A stretch of DNA of 64,000 nt from Bacilli bacterium (GTDB taxonomy: Bacteria > Bacillota_I > Bacilli_A > RF39 > UBA660). Every line of letters begins with the position of its first letter. Position 1 is the first letter of the stretch. Under the pieces are notes generated by a model. It did not search any database. It saw only the letters and a list, made by a program, of their open reading frames with translations, and was not told where the DNA came from. The stretch spans positions 70,831 through 134,830 of the forward strand of contig JBMNEQ010000003.1 of the NCBI GenBank assembly GCA_050948865.1. Reading direction: 5' to 3'. Of this stretch, positions 54,469 to 63,241 are shown piece by piece. The position numbers and the translations under genes were made by a program.

Positions 54469-56076
54469 TTATTTTAATTTATAAGGATTAGTTAAAGTGC
54501 CATTACCTGAAATAACAGGAATATCACTTTTTAAGTTTAAAACAGGGCGAGAGTTGAAAAAGTTATCATCAGGTTCTTCTTTAATAATAGAAATAATTTC
54601 TAAAAGAGTATTTGCATTTTGAAAACCACCTAATATATGTTGATGCCCAGATCCTTCTTCATTGGTTTTAGCTTGGATATATCCATAATTATCTTTATTA
54701 TTTTTATTGTAATAAATTAGTGTAGTTTCACAGGAGTTACCATTGCCATTTTGAATAATATCTAACCAACTGTTATTTTGATTAAGAGTGAAAAAGTTAT
54801 TTGATCCATTTTGCATAATGGTAGCGGAACTATTATTTGTTTGAGTTGTATCAGAAAAGTTGCTATTTCCTACTTGGGTTGTTGTACAGTTATTATTATT
54901 TCCATTTTGAGTTATTATGCCTTCATTGTTTTCTCCAAATTGATCCATTTCACCAACGTTGTCTTCTGAATTATTAGGAATAACAGGATCAAGTTTTGTT
55001 TTATTAATATCAAAAAATGCTATAATTTCATTTTTATTTCCAAAGTTTCCTAATGCAATATTTCCCTTTTCACTAACCATATGAGCACTTGTTTGATCCC
55101 AGTTGTTCGCGTTCAAAGTCCAATAATAGTAATCCTTTTTTAAAAAATTAGATTCACCGCATTTATCATAATAAGAACCTAAACAATTTTCATTATTAGA
55201 TGTTGAAAGATAATCACTAACATTTATCATTCCGATTGTTGAAGGGGTTAACATTCTACCTTGATATACTTCATTATCAAGCGTTTGAGTTTTACATTGA
55301 TTTTTTAATATTTCTTCCATGTTAGAGGCATAAGGAACAGGTCCTACGCACCAATTAATAGGTTTTAGATAATCTTGTTTTAAAGTTAAAGATTGATACC
55401 AAGATGTTAAACTAGTTGCAATTGGAATATTGTTATTCCATTTATTATTATTCTCATTCCATTTGATTGGATGTTTATTATTTATTTTAATGTGTCCATT
55501 TTCATCAGGTTGTAGATCATTTTGCTTTTGTTTACCCTCATAAATTATTTTGATTCCTTCATTATCACTTCTTATTATTCGCCATAATAAAGGTGTTCCA
55601 TTTTCTTTTCCAAATTCAATCCAATTATCAGGATTTTCTCCCACATAATAATTACTTTTATTTTTAGATATTAAATTAGAAGAGATATGACAAGCTAAAG
55701 GTGGTTCTTTACTATTACCTAATATTATTTGATTATTATCACCACAAACAATTAATCCTTCCCATTTGTTTTGACCAATTATTGTAACAAAAGGGTTATC
55801 ATCATTTTCTAAAAATGATATTTCTTTATAATTAGCATTATCAACATTTAAAATTTCTTTAATATCATCCATTTTTATATTAGTTAATTCTAATTCTTCC
55901 TCCATTAGTTTATAATTTAAAGCTTTAAGTAACATTGCAGCATCAACTTTAAAAGCTTCTTTTTTGGTGTTTTTTATTAATCCTGTTATTGATGGTATTG
56001 AGATCGCTAAAATAATTGCTAAAATAACTATGACTGCTAGTAGTTCAATTAAAGTAAATCCTTTTTTAAATTTCAT
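54469..56076 (-). CDS. type IV pilin-like (prepilin N-terminal methylation signal) protein with an internal curlin-like Q/N-rich repeat block
   Basis: N-terminus MKFKKG/FTLIELLAVIVILAIIL. Residues ~378-452 carry about 7 repeats of QxGxxN with 9-11-residue spacing. C-terminus SRPVLNLKSD...GNGTLTNPY. RBS AAAGGAGGA. Confidence 0.8.
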   Translation of the reverse strand: MKFKKGFTLIELLAVIVILAIILAISIPSITGLIKNTKKEAFKVDAAMLLKALNYKLMEEELELTNIKMDDIKEILNVDNANYKEISFLENDDNPFVTIIGQNKWEGLIVCGDNNQIILGNSKEPPLACHISSNLISKNKSNYYVGENPDNWIEFGKENGTPLLWRIIRSDNEGIKIIYEGKQKQNDLQPDENGHIKINNKHPIKWNENNNKWNNNIPIATSLTSWYQSLTLKQDYLKPINWCVGPVPYASNMEEILKNQCKTQTLDNEVYQGRMLTPSTIGMINVSDYLSTSNNENCLGSYYDKCGESNFLKKDYYYWTLNANNWDQTSAHMVSEKGNIALGNFGNKNEIIAFFDINKTKLDPVIPNNSEDNVGEMDQFGENNEGIITQNGNNNNCTTTQVGNSNFSDTTQTNNSSATIMQNGSNNFFTLNQNNSWLDIIQNGNGNSCETTLIYYNKNNKDNYGYIQAKTNEEGSGHQHILGGFQNANTLLEIISIIKEEPDDNFFNSRPVLNLKSDIPVISGNGTLTNPYKLK

Positions 56077-56248
56077 TTTTAATCCTCCTTTATTTTTTAT
56101 TATAATTTTAGAATACGCTACAACTCCTTAAATGTCAATGGTTTAAAGCGCTTTTTTAATGGTAAGAAATGGTAAAACTTTTTACTTTTTCTTGGCCTTG
56201 AAAAAAAGTGAAAAAGAATATACAATTATAGTATGGGAGGGTGATGTA

Positions 56249-57547
56249 ATGAAAAGAGTTGATCTTTTACCAGCTGATACTTATTTAGTTATGAATAAAA
56301 CCCTTCTTTTTAATAGTAATCGTCAAGTTTTAACAATGTTATATCAACCTATTATAGGTTATGGACCAATTAGCCTTTACTTTACTTTGTGGTCTGATTT
56401 AGATAAAACAGAAATTATGAGTGTTGAATTTACCCATCATCATTTAATGAGTAAAATGAATTTAAAGTTAGAGGAAATAAAAATTGCTAGAGAAAAATTA
56501 GAAGCGATGGGATTACTGAAAGTATATTTTAAAAAAGGTAATGTGAATAATTATGTTTATCAATTATTTTCTCCTTTAGAAGGGGCCTTATTTTTAAAGG
56601 ATCCTGTTTTAAGTGTTCTTTTATATAATAATGTTGGAGATTATGAATTTAAAAGAATTAAGGAATACTTTCAAATTCCTAAAATGGATTTATCTAGTTT
56701 TGAAGAAATTACTCTTAGTTTTAATGATGTTTTTTCTATTGAAAAAACAAATATTGGAAAAGGTGTTCAAGAAGATTTAAGGCAAGTAACTAATTTAGAT
56801 TTATCTATTACTTCTTTGATTGATTTTGATTTATTAAAATTATCTATTCCCAAAGCGATTATTAATGATAAAGCTTTTGATGAAAAGACTAAAGAATTGA
56901 TTAATAAGTTAAGTTTTTTATATAAAATAGATAATTTACATATGTTAAATATTATAAGGGGAGCAATTAATGAAAAAGGTTTCATTGATAAAGAACAAAT
57001 AAAAAAATTATGTCAGAATTATTTTAAATTTGAAAATGATAATAAGTTGCCTAATTTAATCTATCAATCTCAACCTGAAAAGTATAAAACTAAGATCATT
57101 GATGGTTCTAAAAGAAAGAAAATTATTCATGTTTTTGAAACTATTTCTCCATATGAATTTTTAAAAGCAAAATATAAAGGGGGATCTCCTACTACTCGTG
57201 ATAAAAGATTGATAGAAACATTAATTGTTGAGCAAAATTTAACTCCTGGTGTGGTTAATGTTTTAATTGATTATGTTTTGAAAGTTAATGATAATAAACT
57301 TAATAGAAATTTTATTGAAACTATTGCTGGACAGTGGAAGCGTCTTAATATAAAAACTGTTTTAGAAGCGATGAGGCAGGCTGAGAAAGAACATAAAAAA
57401 TATCAAAAGGGATTTACTTCTAAAAAGAAAACAGTAAGTGTTAAGGAGGAAAAGGTTCCTGAATGGTTTGATAAGGAGATTAAAGAAGAAGAGTTATCTT
57501 CTGAAGAAGAAGCGAAGATTAAAGATATGTTGAAAGAGTATATGTAG
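56249..57547 (+). CDS. dnaB: replication initiation and membrane attachment protein (B. subtilis DnaB-type, DnaD-like domains)
   Basis: LTMLYQPIIGYGPISLYFTLW is typical of the helicase-loader DnaB/DnaD family. Immediately upstream of dnaI. ATG 56249 follows GGGAGG. Confidence 0.7.
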   Translation: MKRVDLLPADTYLVMNKTLLFNSNRQVLTMLYQPIIGYGPISLYFTLWSDLDKTEIMSVEFTHHHLMSKMNLKLEEIKIAREKLEAMGLLKVYFKKGNVNNYVYQLFSPLEGALFLKDPVLSVLLYNNVGDYEFKRIKEYFQIPKMDLSSFEEITLSFNDVFSIEKTNIGKGVQEDLRQVTNLDLSITSLIDFDLLKLSIPKAIINDKAFDEKTKELINKLSFLYKIDNLHMLNIIRGAINEKGFIDKEQIKKLCQNYFKFENDNKLPNLIYQSQPEKYKTKIIDGSKRKKIIHVFETISPYEFLKAKYKGGSPTTRDKRLIETLIVEQNLTPGVVNVLIDYVLKVNDNKLNRNFIETIAGQWKRLNIKTVLEAMRQAEKEHKKYQKGFTSKKKTVSVKEEKVPEWFDKEIKEEELSSEEEAKIKDMLKEYM

Positions 57548-57555
57548 GTGATAGG

Positions 57556-58476
57556 ATGAAAAAAATAAAAACAGAAATGGGAAAATTAACAATTTCTAAA
57601 GAAGAGCAAATCGATTTAAAAGAAGAATTTATAAAATTATTAAAAGAAGAAGGATTTAAAAAAATAACTGATAGTCTTCCTTTTAATGATGAAATTTTAA
57701 TGAAATATACAACTAAATTACAAGAAGCAGCTAAAGAATATCAAAATTGTCTTCAATGTAAAGGTTTAATGGACTGTCAAAATTCACTAACTGGTTATAT
57801 TTATACACCTGAAGTTCTTGGAAGTGGTCTTAGTTTTGGTTATAGAAGTTGTCATTATCAAGAAGAATTATTAAAAGCTAAAAAGTATCAAAAGAATAGT
57901 TATTATTTTGATGTTCCTTTAGAGATTAAAGAAGCGAGAATGAAAAATATTTATACCAGTGATAAAAATAGAGTGGAAGTTTTAGCTTGGATAAAAGATT
58001 TTATGGAAAAATATGAAAAGGGCAACTATCAAAAGGGTTTATATTTATATGGTAATTTTGGAAGCGGTAAAACCTTTTTATTATCAGCTATGTTAAATGA
58101 ACTTGCTAATAAGAATTATAAAACAGCAATAATTTATTGGCCAGAATTTCTTCGGGATTTAAAGGCTTCTTTTAGTAGTGATTTTGCTGAAAAGTATGAT
58201 TATATAAAGAAAGTATCTTTATTATTAATTGATGATATCGGAGCTGAAAATGTTACTTCTTGGAGTCGGGATGAAATTTTAGGACCTTTATTACAATATC
58301 GTATGCAAGAAAAGTTACCAACATTTTTTACTTCTAATTTAAGTATTAAAGAATTAGATGAACATTTTAGTTTTTCTAATTATAAAACAGAAAAAGTAAA
58401 AGGAAGGAGAATTATTGAAAGAATTGAGCAATTAAGTTTAGAATTAAAAATGGTAAGTAAAAATAGAAGAAAATAA
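57556..58476 (+). CDS. dnaI: primosomal helicase loader DnaI
   Basis: N-terminal Cys-rich zinc module (CLQCKG...C...C) and an AAA+ domain with GNFGSGKTFLL and LLIDDIG. Confidence 0.85.
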   Translation: MKKIKTEMGKLTISKEEQIDLKEEFIKLLKEEGFKKITDSLPFNDEILMKYTTKLQEAAKEYQNCLQCKGLMDCQNSLTGYIYTPEVLGSGLSFGYRSCHYQEELLKAKKYQKNSYYFDVPLEIKEARMKNIYTSDKNRVEVLAWIKDFMEKYEKGNYQKGLYLYGNFGSGKTFLLSAMLNELANKNYKTAIIYWPEFLRDLKASFSSDFAEKYDYIKKVSLLLIDDIGAENVTSWSRDEILGPLLQYRMQEKLPTFFTSNLSIKELDEHFSFSNYKTEKVKGRRIIERIEQLSLELKMVSKNRRK

Positions 58477-58497
58477 AAGATAAGAGGGGAACAAGAG

Positions 58498-60399
58498 ATG
58501 AGAAGTAAAGACTTATTTTTAAGAGCTCTTATTAATGAGAATAAGGAACATAGTTTAGAAGATATAAAAAGGATTTTAGATATTAAAAATGATAAAGAAA
58601 CTTTTAAGATCTTAATTGATGCGTTAACTTATGAAATAGAATTAATAGATTATAATAATTATCAATTTATTAAGAAAAATATTGAAATAATAAGTAATTA
58701 TTTAATGGATTTAATTAAAGATGAACAAAAACTTGATGCTACTCATGCTTTATATCGATTAAAAGGAACTATTAATACTGTTAAACATAAAAGAAAAACC
58801 ACTAGAGTTTCTAATAAAATATTACAAAATTATTATAATGATTTATTAGGACAGTTATCCAATGTTTATTTATTTTATGATTTTAAAACACAGGAATTAG
58901 AAGAAGATCGAAAATATTTATTTTTATCAACTTTAATTTATCAAGAAAGAAATTATTCTTTATTAAAGTATTTATTTAATAGATATCCTTCCTTAATTAA
59001 AACTAATGGCCCTGACGGAAAAACTTTATTAGAAGAGGTTTTGATGAAGCAATTAATTTTAATTAAAGAAGGAAAAGAAGAGGATTTAGAAGAAATAGAA
59101 TATTATGATAATTTATTAGGTCTTTTTTTAGTTAATAAAATGAATTCTAATTTTAAAAAGCAAACTAAACAAAAGATTTATAATGTGATAGATTATTTAA
59201 CAAAAGATAAAAAAAATAAAACTATTAATAAAAGAAAAATATTTTTTTTAAAAATACTTCAAGAAAGATTAAAAAACCTTTGTAATTTTCCTCTAGAAGA
59301 TATTAAAGAATTAAATTATAAATATGGTGTTAACTTAGATTTTGATAAATATGATATTTTTATTAATTTACCTCAAAGAAATTTATCAAAAAATTTTAAA
59401 CATATTTATACAATAGATTTTAATAATACTCAGTGTAAAGATGATGCCTTTTCGATAGAGACTTTAAATAATGGAAATTATCTTCTAAATATATATATAA
59501 GTAATGTTGGTCAATTTATTCAAGTAGGTTCTAATTTAGATAATGAAGCTTTCAAAAGAGGGAAAACTATTTATTTAGAAGAAAATATTCATTTTCCAAT
59601 GCTTCCACTTGATCTAACAAATGATATTTGTTCTTTGCTTGTTAATCAAATAAAACCTGTTATAAGCTGTCATGTAGAAATAGATCAAGAAGGCAATGTT
59701 TGTGATTTTCAGTTTTTTAAAGAACAAATCAAGGTAGATTTTGGTTTATCTTATCAAGAAGTAGATAATTTATTACAAGAGGGAAATAAGGATTTAAATT
59801 TATTAAAAGAATTAAGTTTTTTATTAAAAAATAAAAATGTTAATCGAGAAGTTTACCGTGATCAAGAAAATAGATCTATTTCTTATAAGAATCTTGAATA
59901 TAATAGTCCTAGTCATCAAATTGTAAGTGAATATATGATTTTATTTAATCATTTAGCGGCTAAATATGCGAGTGATAATCAAATTCCTTTTTTATACCGA
60001 GTTCATCAACCACAAGAAGTGGGATTAAATGATATTTTAGGTTTAAATGAGTTTTTAAAAGACACTAAAAAAGGTGAATTAGAAAGAGTGCGGGGATTAT
60101 TAAATTCTTCTTATTCGAAGGCTAAATACTCGATAGATAATTTAGGTCATTATGGGCTTGGTTATGATAGTTATTCTCATTCTACAGCTCCTCTTAGAAG
60201 ATATGCTGATTTAGTTAATCAAAAAATAATAGAAAAGTTTTTTTTAACAAAAGAAATAAATGATCAAGATATTTATTTTTGGGAAGAACGTCTTCCTCAA
60301 ATAGCTTTAAAACAAAATAATAATGAAGAAAGAATAGAGTTATATATTGAAGAATATTATAGGATATTAAATAATCAAAAAATTAAATCTAAAAGATAG
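58498..60399 (+). CDS. RNB-domain exoribonuclease (RNase II/R family) with a divergent N-terminal region and no S1 tail
   Basis: DDAFSIE...YISNVGQF...RGKTIYLEE..FPMLP...CSL and HYGLGYDSYSHSTAPLRRYADL are RNB catalytic motifs. Confidence 0.7.
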   Translation: MRSKDLFLRALINENKEHSLEDIKRILDIKNDKETFKILIDALTYEIELIDYNNYQFIKKNIEIISNYLMDLIKDEQKLDATHALYRLKGTINTVKHKRKTTRVSNKILQNYYNDLLGQLSNVYLFYDFKTQELEEDRKYLFLSTLIYQERNYSLLKYLFNRYPSLIKTNGPDGKTLLEEVLMKQLILIKEGKEEDLEEIEYYDNLLGLFLVNKMNSNFKKQTKQKIYNVIDYLTKDKKNKTINKRKIFFLKILQERLKNLCNFPLEDIKELNYKYGVNLDFDKYDIFINLPQRNLSKNFKHIYTIDFNNTQCKDDAFSIETLNNGNYLLNIYISNVGQFIQVGSNLDNEAFKRGKTIYLEENIHFPMLPLDLTNDICSLLVNQIKPVISCHVEIDQEGNVCDFQFFKEQIKVDFGLSYQEVDNLLQEGNKDLNLLKELSFLLKNKNVNREVYRDQENRSISYKNLEYNSPSHQIVSEYMILFNHLAAKYASDNQIPFLYRVHQPQEVGLNDILGLNEFLKDTKKGELERVRGLLNSSYSKAKYSIDNLGHYGLGYDSYSHSTAPLRRYADLVNQKIIEKFFLTKEINDQDIYFWEERLPQIALKQNNNEERIELYIEEYYRILNNQKIKSKR

Positions 60400-60467
60400 A
60401 TTGTTTGACACTAAATTATTATTAAGATACAATATGGGAGATATTTAACTGATGAGGAAGTGTTTAG

Positions 60468-60662
60468 ATGAAGAAATTAGAAGAGTTAAAAAGATTAATG
60501 TTTAAAAAGAAATTAGAAATTAGTTTATTATCTAATTTGATTAGTTTAGAAGAAAAAAGGGTTTTAGATAAAGAATATCAGAAAATTAAAACAGAATATA
60601 AAAGAAGTTTATTAGAAAGTTATCAAAATAATAAGAAAGAGGAAAGGGAAAGATTAAAATGA
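60468..60662 (+). CDS. 64-aa Lys/Glu-rich coiled-coil-like ORF coupled to thrS
   Basis: TTGACA-17 nt-TACAAT promoter at 60405-60433. Its stop overlaps the thrS start (ATGA). No recognisable family. Confidence 0.35.
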   Translation: MKKLEELKRLMFKKKLEISLLSNLISLEEKRVLDKEYQKIKTEYKRSLLESYQNNKKEERERLK

Positions 60663-62389
60663 TTAATATTAAGGAAGATGAAAAGTTAAGTATAATAAAT
60701 CATTCAGCCGCTCATTTATTAGCCCATGCTTTAAAAAGATTATATCCTCAGGCTTTATTTTGGGTAGGTCCAGTTATTGATAATGGTTTTTATTATGATG
60801 TTGATTTATTGGATGAAGTTGTTACAGAAAATAAGTTAGTAGAAATAGAAAAGGAAATGAAAAAAATTGTTAAAAGTAATAAACGAATTTATAAAGAAGA
60901 AATAACTAAAGAAGCCGCTAAAGAAATGTTTAAAAATGATCCTTATAAACTTGATTTAATTAATAAAATGGAAAATGAATTAGTCTCTATTTATAAACAA
61001 GATGAATTTATTGATTTATGTAAAGGCCCTCATGTTGAAAGAACAGGATTAATTAAACATTTTAAATTATTAAAGGTTTCTGGTGCTTATTATAAAGGTG
61101 ATGTTAAAGAAAAAATGTTACAACGGATTTATGGAATTGCTTTTTATGAAAAAGAGGATTTAGAAGATTATTTAAACTTTTTAGAAGAAGCGAAAAAAAG
61201 GGATCATAAAAAATTAGGTTCAGAATTAGGTTTATTTATGATTAGTGAATATGGACCTGGATTTCCTTTTTGGTTACCTAAAGGAATGATTATTAAAAGG
61301 GAATTAGAAAACTTTTGGTATGAAGAACATCAAAAGGAAGGTTATATTTTTATTCAAACTCCTATTTTATTAAATCAACAACTTTGGGAAAAATCAGGAC
61401 ATTGGGATAATTATCAAGAGAATATGTATTTATCAGAAATAGATGAAACTAAATTTGCCATAAAACCAATGAATTGTCCTGGTTGTTTATTAGTTTATAA
61501 AAATAATTTACATTCTTATAAGGAATTACCACTGCGGATAGGAGAGTTAGGACTCGTTCACCGTCATGAAGCTTCTGGAGCTTTAAATGGTTTATTTAGA
61601 GTCAGAAATTTTACTCAAGATGATGCTCATATTTTTATGACAGAAGAACAAATTGAAGAAGAAGTGATTAGTTTAATAAATTTTATTGACCGTATATATA
61701 AAGTTTTTAATTTAGAATATAAGATAGAATTATCAACTAGACCAGAAAGTAAATATATTGGTTCTATTGAAATCTGGGATAAGGCTGAAGAAGTGTTAAA
61801 GCAAGCTTGTTTAAATGCGAAGAAGACTTTTAAAATAAATGAAGGAGATGGTGCCTTTTATGGGCCTAAATTAGATTTTCATATAAAGGATTCTTTAGGA
61901 CGTGTTTGGCAATGTGCTACCATTCAACTTGATATGAATCTTCCGGAACGTTTTGATTTAACTTATATTGATAATTTAGGAAAAAAGAAACGCCCCGTAA
62001 TGATCCACCGAGTTATTTATGGGGCTTTAGAAAGATTTATTGGCATTTTAATTGAACATTATGCTGGAGCTTTTCCACTTTGGTTGGCTCCTCTTCAAAT
62101 TAATATTTTACCAGTTAGTAAAGAACATCATTTAGAACACGCTAAGAAGATAAAAACATTATTAGATAATCATAATTTTAAAACAGAATTAGATGATAGA
62201 GATGAAAAATTAAGTTATAAAATACGTGATAGTCAAATTCAAAAGATTCCTTATACTATTATTTTAGGAGATCGAGAACAAGAAAATGATATTGTTAGTT
62301 TTCGTAAATATGGAAGAGAGGATACAGTATCAATTGATACTTTTAAATTTATTCAATTATTAAAAGAAGAAATTGAATATAAACAATAA
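60659..62389 (+). CDS. thrS: threonine--tRNA ligase lacking the N-terminal TGS domain
   Basis: Starts at the editing/second additional domain (HSAAHLLAHALKRLYP...GPVIDNGFYYD). Class II core (HRHE.SGAL.GL.RVR.FTQDDAHIF) and an anticodon-binding domain. Confidence 0.9.
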   Translation: MINIKEDEKLSIINHSAAHLLAHALKRLYPQALFWVGPVIDNGFYYDVDLLDEVVTENKLVEIEKEMKKIVKSNKRIYKEEITKEAAKEMFKNDPYKLDLINKMENELVSIYKQDEFIDLCKGPHVERTGLIKHFKLLKVSGAYYKGDVKEKMLQRIYGIAFYEKEDLEDYLNFLEEAKKRDHKKLGSELGLFMISEYGPGFPFWLPKGMIIKRELENFWYEEHQKEGYIFIQTPILLNQQLWEKSGHWDNYQENMYLSEIDETKFAIKPMNCPGCLLVYKNNLHSYKELPLRIGELGLVHRHEASGALNGLFRVRNFTQDDAHIFMTEEQIEEEVISLINFIDRIYKVFNLEYKIELSTRPESKYIGSIEIWDKAEEVLKQACLNAKKTFKINEGDGAFYGPKLDFHIKDSLGRVWQCATIQLDMNLPERFDLTYIDNLGKKKRPVMIHRVIYGALERFIGILIEHYAGAFPLWLAPLQINILPVSKEHHLEHAKKIKTLLDNHNFKTELDDRDEKLSYKIRDSQIQKIPYTIILGDREQENDIVSFRKYGREDTVSIDTFKFIQLLKEEIEYKQ

Positions 62390-62403
62390 AAAAGGTAATA
62401 AAA

Positions 62404-63234
62404 ATGGATCAAAATATAAGTTTAAGTATTTATCAAGAGATGTTTTATAATTTGAAAAAAGATATTAATTATATAAAAAAAATTCCTAAAAAATTACAAT
62501 CTGAAGAAATGATCAATTTAGTATTAGATTATGATTTTAATATGTTTAAATATATTAAAAATAAAACTCCTTCAGCTTGTTTAAGAGTTTTAAAAAATAA
62601 TGGTGAATATATAAAATATATAGACAATCCTACTGTAGAAATGTGTGAGATTGCCATTAAAGAGGCTCCTTATTTTATTCAACATATAAAAAATCCTCCT
62701 TTAGAAATAGTCGAAAAAGTTTTAAAGGAAGATGGTAGTTGTTTACAATACATAAAAAATCCAACTATTGATATGTGCAAACTAGCGGTAACTATCACTC
62801 CTAATGCTTTACAATATGTTTTAAATCAAACTGAGGAAATATGTTTAATGGCTGTTAGGAAAAAAGGAACTGCTTTACAATATGTTAAAAACCAAACCTT
62901 TTTTATCACAGAAACAGCACTTCAAAATAATGGTTTAGCGATTAGATTTGTTCAAAAACCAACAGATTATTTATACCAATTAGCAGTTAAAGAAAATGGT
63001 TTAGCTTTAAAATATATTAAAGATCAAACAGATGAGATCTGTATGAGAGCGATAAAACAAAATCCTAATGCTTTTAAATATATTAATAAAGAATTAAAAG
63101 AAAGTCAAAAAAAGGCTATAAAAAATGTTTTATCTACTTTAAAAAGAGATAAAAGTTATTTATTTAAAATAACAGATTATAAATTAAAAAAGGTTGTCAG
63201 TGATATTTTAAAAATTGTTGAACAAAAGATATAG
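62404..63234 (+). CDS. DUF4116-like repeat protein
   Basis: At least 6 tandem ~29-aa repeats of the pattern ..(A/C)L(Q/K)Y(I/V)KN(Q/P)T.E(I/M)C..A(I/V)... Confidence 0.55.
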   Translation: MDQNISLSIYQEMFYNLKKDINYIKKIPKKLQSEEMINLVLDYDFNMFKYIKNKTPSACLRVLKNNGEYIKYIDNPTVEMCEIAIKEAPYFIQHIKNPPLEIVEKVLKEDGSCLQYIKNPTIDMCKLAVTITPNALQYVLNQTEEICLMAVRKKGTALQYVKNQTFFITETALQNNGLAIRFVQKPTDYLYQLAVKENGLALKYIKDQTDEICMRAIKQNPNAFKYINKELKESQKKAIKNVLSTLKRDKSYLFKITDYKLKKVVSDILKIVEQKI

Positions 63235-63241
63235 GTGATTT

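Noticed and set aside
54469-56076. Second DGR target (remote VR) in the pilin-like paralog
   Set aside because: No segment of this gene, or anywhere else in the window, resembles the TR or its G+C-rich 3' end. Only one VR is present in these 64 kb.
60400-60660. Possible T-box riboswitch upstream of thrS
   Set aside because: I could not find the T-box consensus sequence, a specifier-loop architecture or a terminator/antiterminator pair. The region reads as an A/G-rich ORF instead. A covariance-model scan would be decisive.
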